Below, piece by piece: positions 62,707-64,000 of a stretch of 64,000 nt of DNA (positions are counted from its first letter, which is position 1; the number at the start of each line of letters is the position of its first letter). The position numbers and the translations under genes are program-made. The stretch spans positions 14,477 through 78,476 of the forward strand of contig JARLHE010000055.1 of the NCBI GenBank assembly GCA_031292385.1, in the 5' to 3' direction. The DNA is from Oligoflexia bacterium. GTDB lineage: Bacteria > Bdellovibrionota > UBA1018. The notes under the pieces are model-generated. The model searched no databases. It had not been told where the DNA came from and saw only the letters and a program-made list of their open reading frames with translations.

Positions 62707-63619
62707 GGAAATTCAACCGGGCCGAGTACTCATGGAGCGCGATGGAAAAACGTTACCCTTTGGTGCCGAAGGGTATTTGAAAGCCTGGAACGGACTTAAG
62801 TATACGCTCAACTTCCGCGTGATCAAGTCGCTGATCCTTCCGGTGTCTATCATTATAACAGCGGCTATTTTTCTGTCGAACGGAGGAGTGACCCGCGACA
62901 CGAAAGGGGCACAACTCGATCCACCCAGCATCTCGATCCGCGTTCCGATTGTGGAGAGTAAGATCCTCGTCGATCGCGACTTGGTCAATCATCTGGGACG
63001 AGCGCCGGTTGAACAGTCCCTGATGGGAGGGATTCAGGTTTTTAACCTCCGGTCCCTTTCGGATTTGCCAGTAGGCACGGAAGCCAAAGCAATTCTTGTC
63101 AGTGGTGCATCAAACGGCATCGTGAAAGCGAAGCTCGCCGAGCCCATGCTAGTCGAAGGCGAACCGGTACTTCCCGAGGGTTCAGTCGTCTTCGGCCACG
63201 GCAAATCGACCGAGGAGCGGCTTTTTGTCGAGTTCACGAAAGCCATTTTGCCATCGGGCGAAACGTTTTCGATCATCGCTCAAGCCTTTGACGGCTCAGA
63301 CAAAATACTAGGGCTCAAGGGAGAGCTCGTTGGCAGTAAGACCAAGAAGCTCGCGATGGGAATGGCGCTTGGGTTCATGGGCGGTATGGCTGATGGCCTC
63401 CAAAATACGAGTGCCACGTCGATCTTTAGTATGGAGCAGCGTCCATCCGTTCGAGACGCAGCGCTTTCTGGAACTGCTAAGGCAACGCTTGACCAAAGTC
63501 AGATGTATCTCGATCAGGTGAAGAACTCGCCTGACATTATCGAGGTGAACCAGGGGACCGAGTTTTACGTCATCGTGGATGACCCTGGATCCCTAAAAAC
63601 GAACCCCAACAAAAAGTAG
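62699..63619 (+). CDS. T4SS VirB10/TraB/TrbI-like protein
   Basis: ATG 62699 overlaps the upstream stop by 8 nt. One TM segment (LILPVSIIITAAIFL). The C-terminal beta-barrel-like region GTEAKAILVSGASNGIVKAKL..LPEGSVVFGHG..RLFVEFTKAILPSGETFSIIAQAFD..GLKGELV follows the VirB10 pattern. Confidence 0.65.
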   Translation: MNEEIQPGRVLMERDGKTLPFGAEGYLKAWNGLKYTLNFRVIKSLILPVSIIITAAIFLSNGGVTRDTKGAQLDPPSISIRVPIVESKILVDRDLVNHLGRAPVEQSLMGGIQVFNLRSLSDLPVGTEAKAILVSGASNGIVKAKLAEPMLVEGEPVLPEGSVVFGHGKSTEERLFVEFTKAILPSGETFSIIAQAFDGSDKILGLKGELVGSKTKKLAMGMALGFMGGMADGLQNTSATSIFSMEQRPSVRDAALSGTAKATLDQSQMYLDQVKNSPDIIEVNQGTEFYVIVDDPGSLKTNPNKK

Positions 63620-63631
63620 GAGTAAGAATTT

Positions 63632-64000
63632 ATGGAAGAGAATGAAAAGCCGTGGCCTCTCGCCAAGCGAATTGGAAATGTGATCCAATTTGCCTGGAGC
63701 GCCACACAAGAGCTTTATCATGGCATCAAAAAGGACCGAGTGCCTGCGCACCGCTGGTGCATCCCAGGTATTGTGATCGCACTCATGGTCGTACTCCACT
63801 GGGACGAAGTCATCGCCCGCTCTATGGTAAGTCTATCAATTTACCTGTTTGGATCCGAAGCGTTTAGTCGGATCCACTTGGTCCCGACGCTCAACCTTTC
63901 GCCGTATACAGAACGAAAGGTGCGGCACGCTATTGCCTATCTTCTATTGTTCTCGGGCTGGGTTGCCTGGGGGCTTTACCGGGCTTGGCAGAAGAACTCA
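63632..64000 (+). CDS. Membrane protein, 5' part only (runs off the window); not in the supplied ORF track
   Basis: My own translation of frame 2 from ATG 63632 is MEENEKPWPLAKRIGNVIQFAWSATQELYHGIKKDRVPAHRWCIPGIVIALMVVLHWDEV...AIAYLLLFSGWVAWGLYRAWQKNS. No stop occurs before nt 64000. It has two hydrophobic helices and could be the N-terminus of a coupling protein or another T4SS component. Confidence 0.5.
   Translation, partial: MEENEKPWPLAKRIGNVIQFAWSATQELYHGIKKDRVPAHRWCIPGIVIALMVVLHWDEVIARSMVSLSIYLFGSEAFSRIHLVPTLNLSPYTERKVRHAIAYLLLFSGWVAWGLYRAWQKNS

Larger units (their letters stand above)
41144..64000. mobile_element. Left portion of a putative integrative conjugative element / genomic island inserted next to tRNA-Gln (right end outside the window)
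   Basis: GC content and codon style drop abruptly right after the tRNA 3' end. The region carries a serine recombinase, orphan cargo and a VirB-like T4SS operon. No second copy of the tRNA 3' end was seen within the window. Confidence 0.75.

Noticed and set aside
63652-63867. 71-aa ORF from the supplied track
   Set aside because: A different frame starting at ATG 63632 stays open to the window end and encodes plausible TM helices. The 71-aa frame is Arg/Pro/His-rich and overlaps it.

Overview
The window has two parts. Nt 1-41143 is GC-rich chromosomal core, roughly 60% GC by eye. It carries mutS, pyk, kdsD-like, hflX, truB-rbfA-infB-nusA-rimP, gltX and metG, interspersed with many Sec-signal or lipoprotein ORFs and c-di-GMP signalling genes. 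This content fits a Bdellovibrio-like predatory or delta-proteobacterial genome, but taxonomy cannot be proven here. A tRNA-Gln(CUG) lies at 41070-41143. Immediately after it the composition drops (mid-40s % GC by eye) and stays low to the window end. That region looks like the left part of an integrative conjugative element (ICE). It carries a small serine recombinase, a cargo block of orphan secreted proteins (a clan-CD caspase-like peptidase, a possible Cys peptidase and a 968-aa orphan), DUF4423 and XRE regulators, an AAA+/HTH gene, and an operator-rich divergent promoter. A VirB2-3-4-5-6-8-9-10-like type IV secretion operon follows and runs off the right edge. The most unusual item is at the left edge, nt 1-4524. 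It is a tandem array of at least 3 paralogous ~640-aa proteins. Each combines a type IV prepilin N-terminal methylation motif with a fibre-like body and a C-terminal phage tail-spike (peptidase S74) self-cleaving chaperone domain. No CRISPR arrays, rRNA genes or transposase genes were seen. Many long ORFs in the track are antisense shadows of real genes in GC-rich DNA and were rejected. All functional calls rest on motif recognition by eye; no database search was run.
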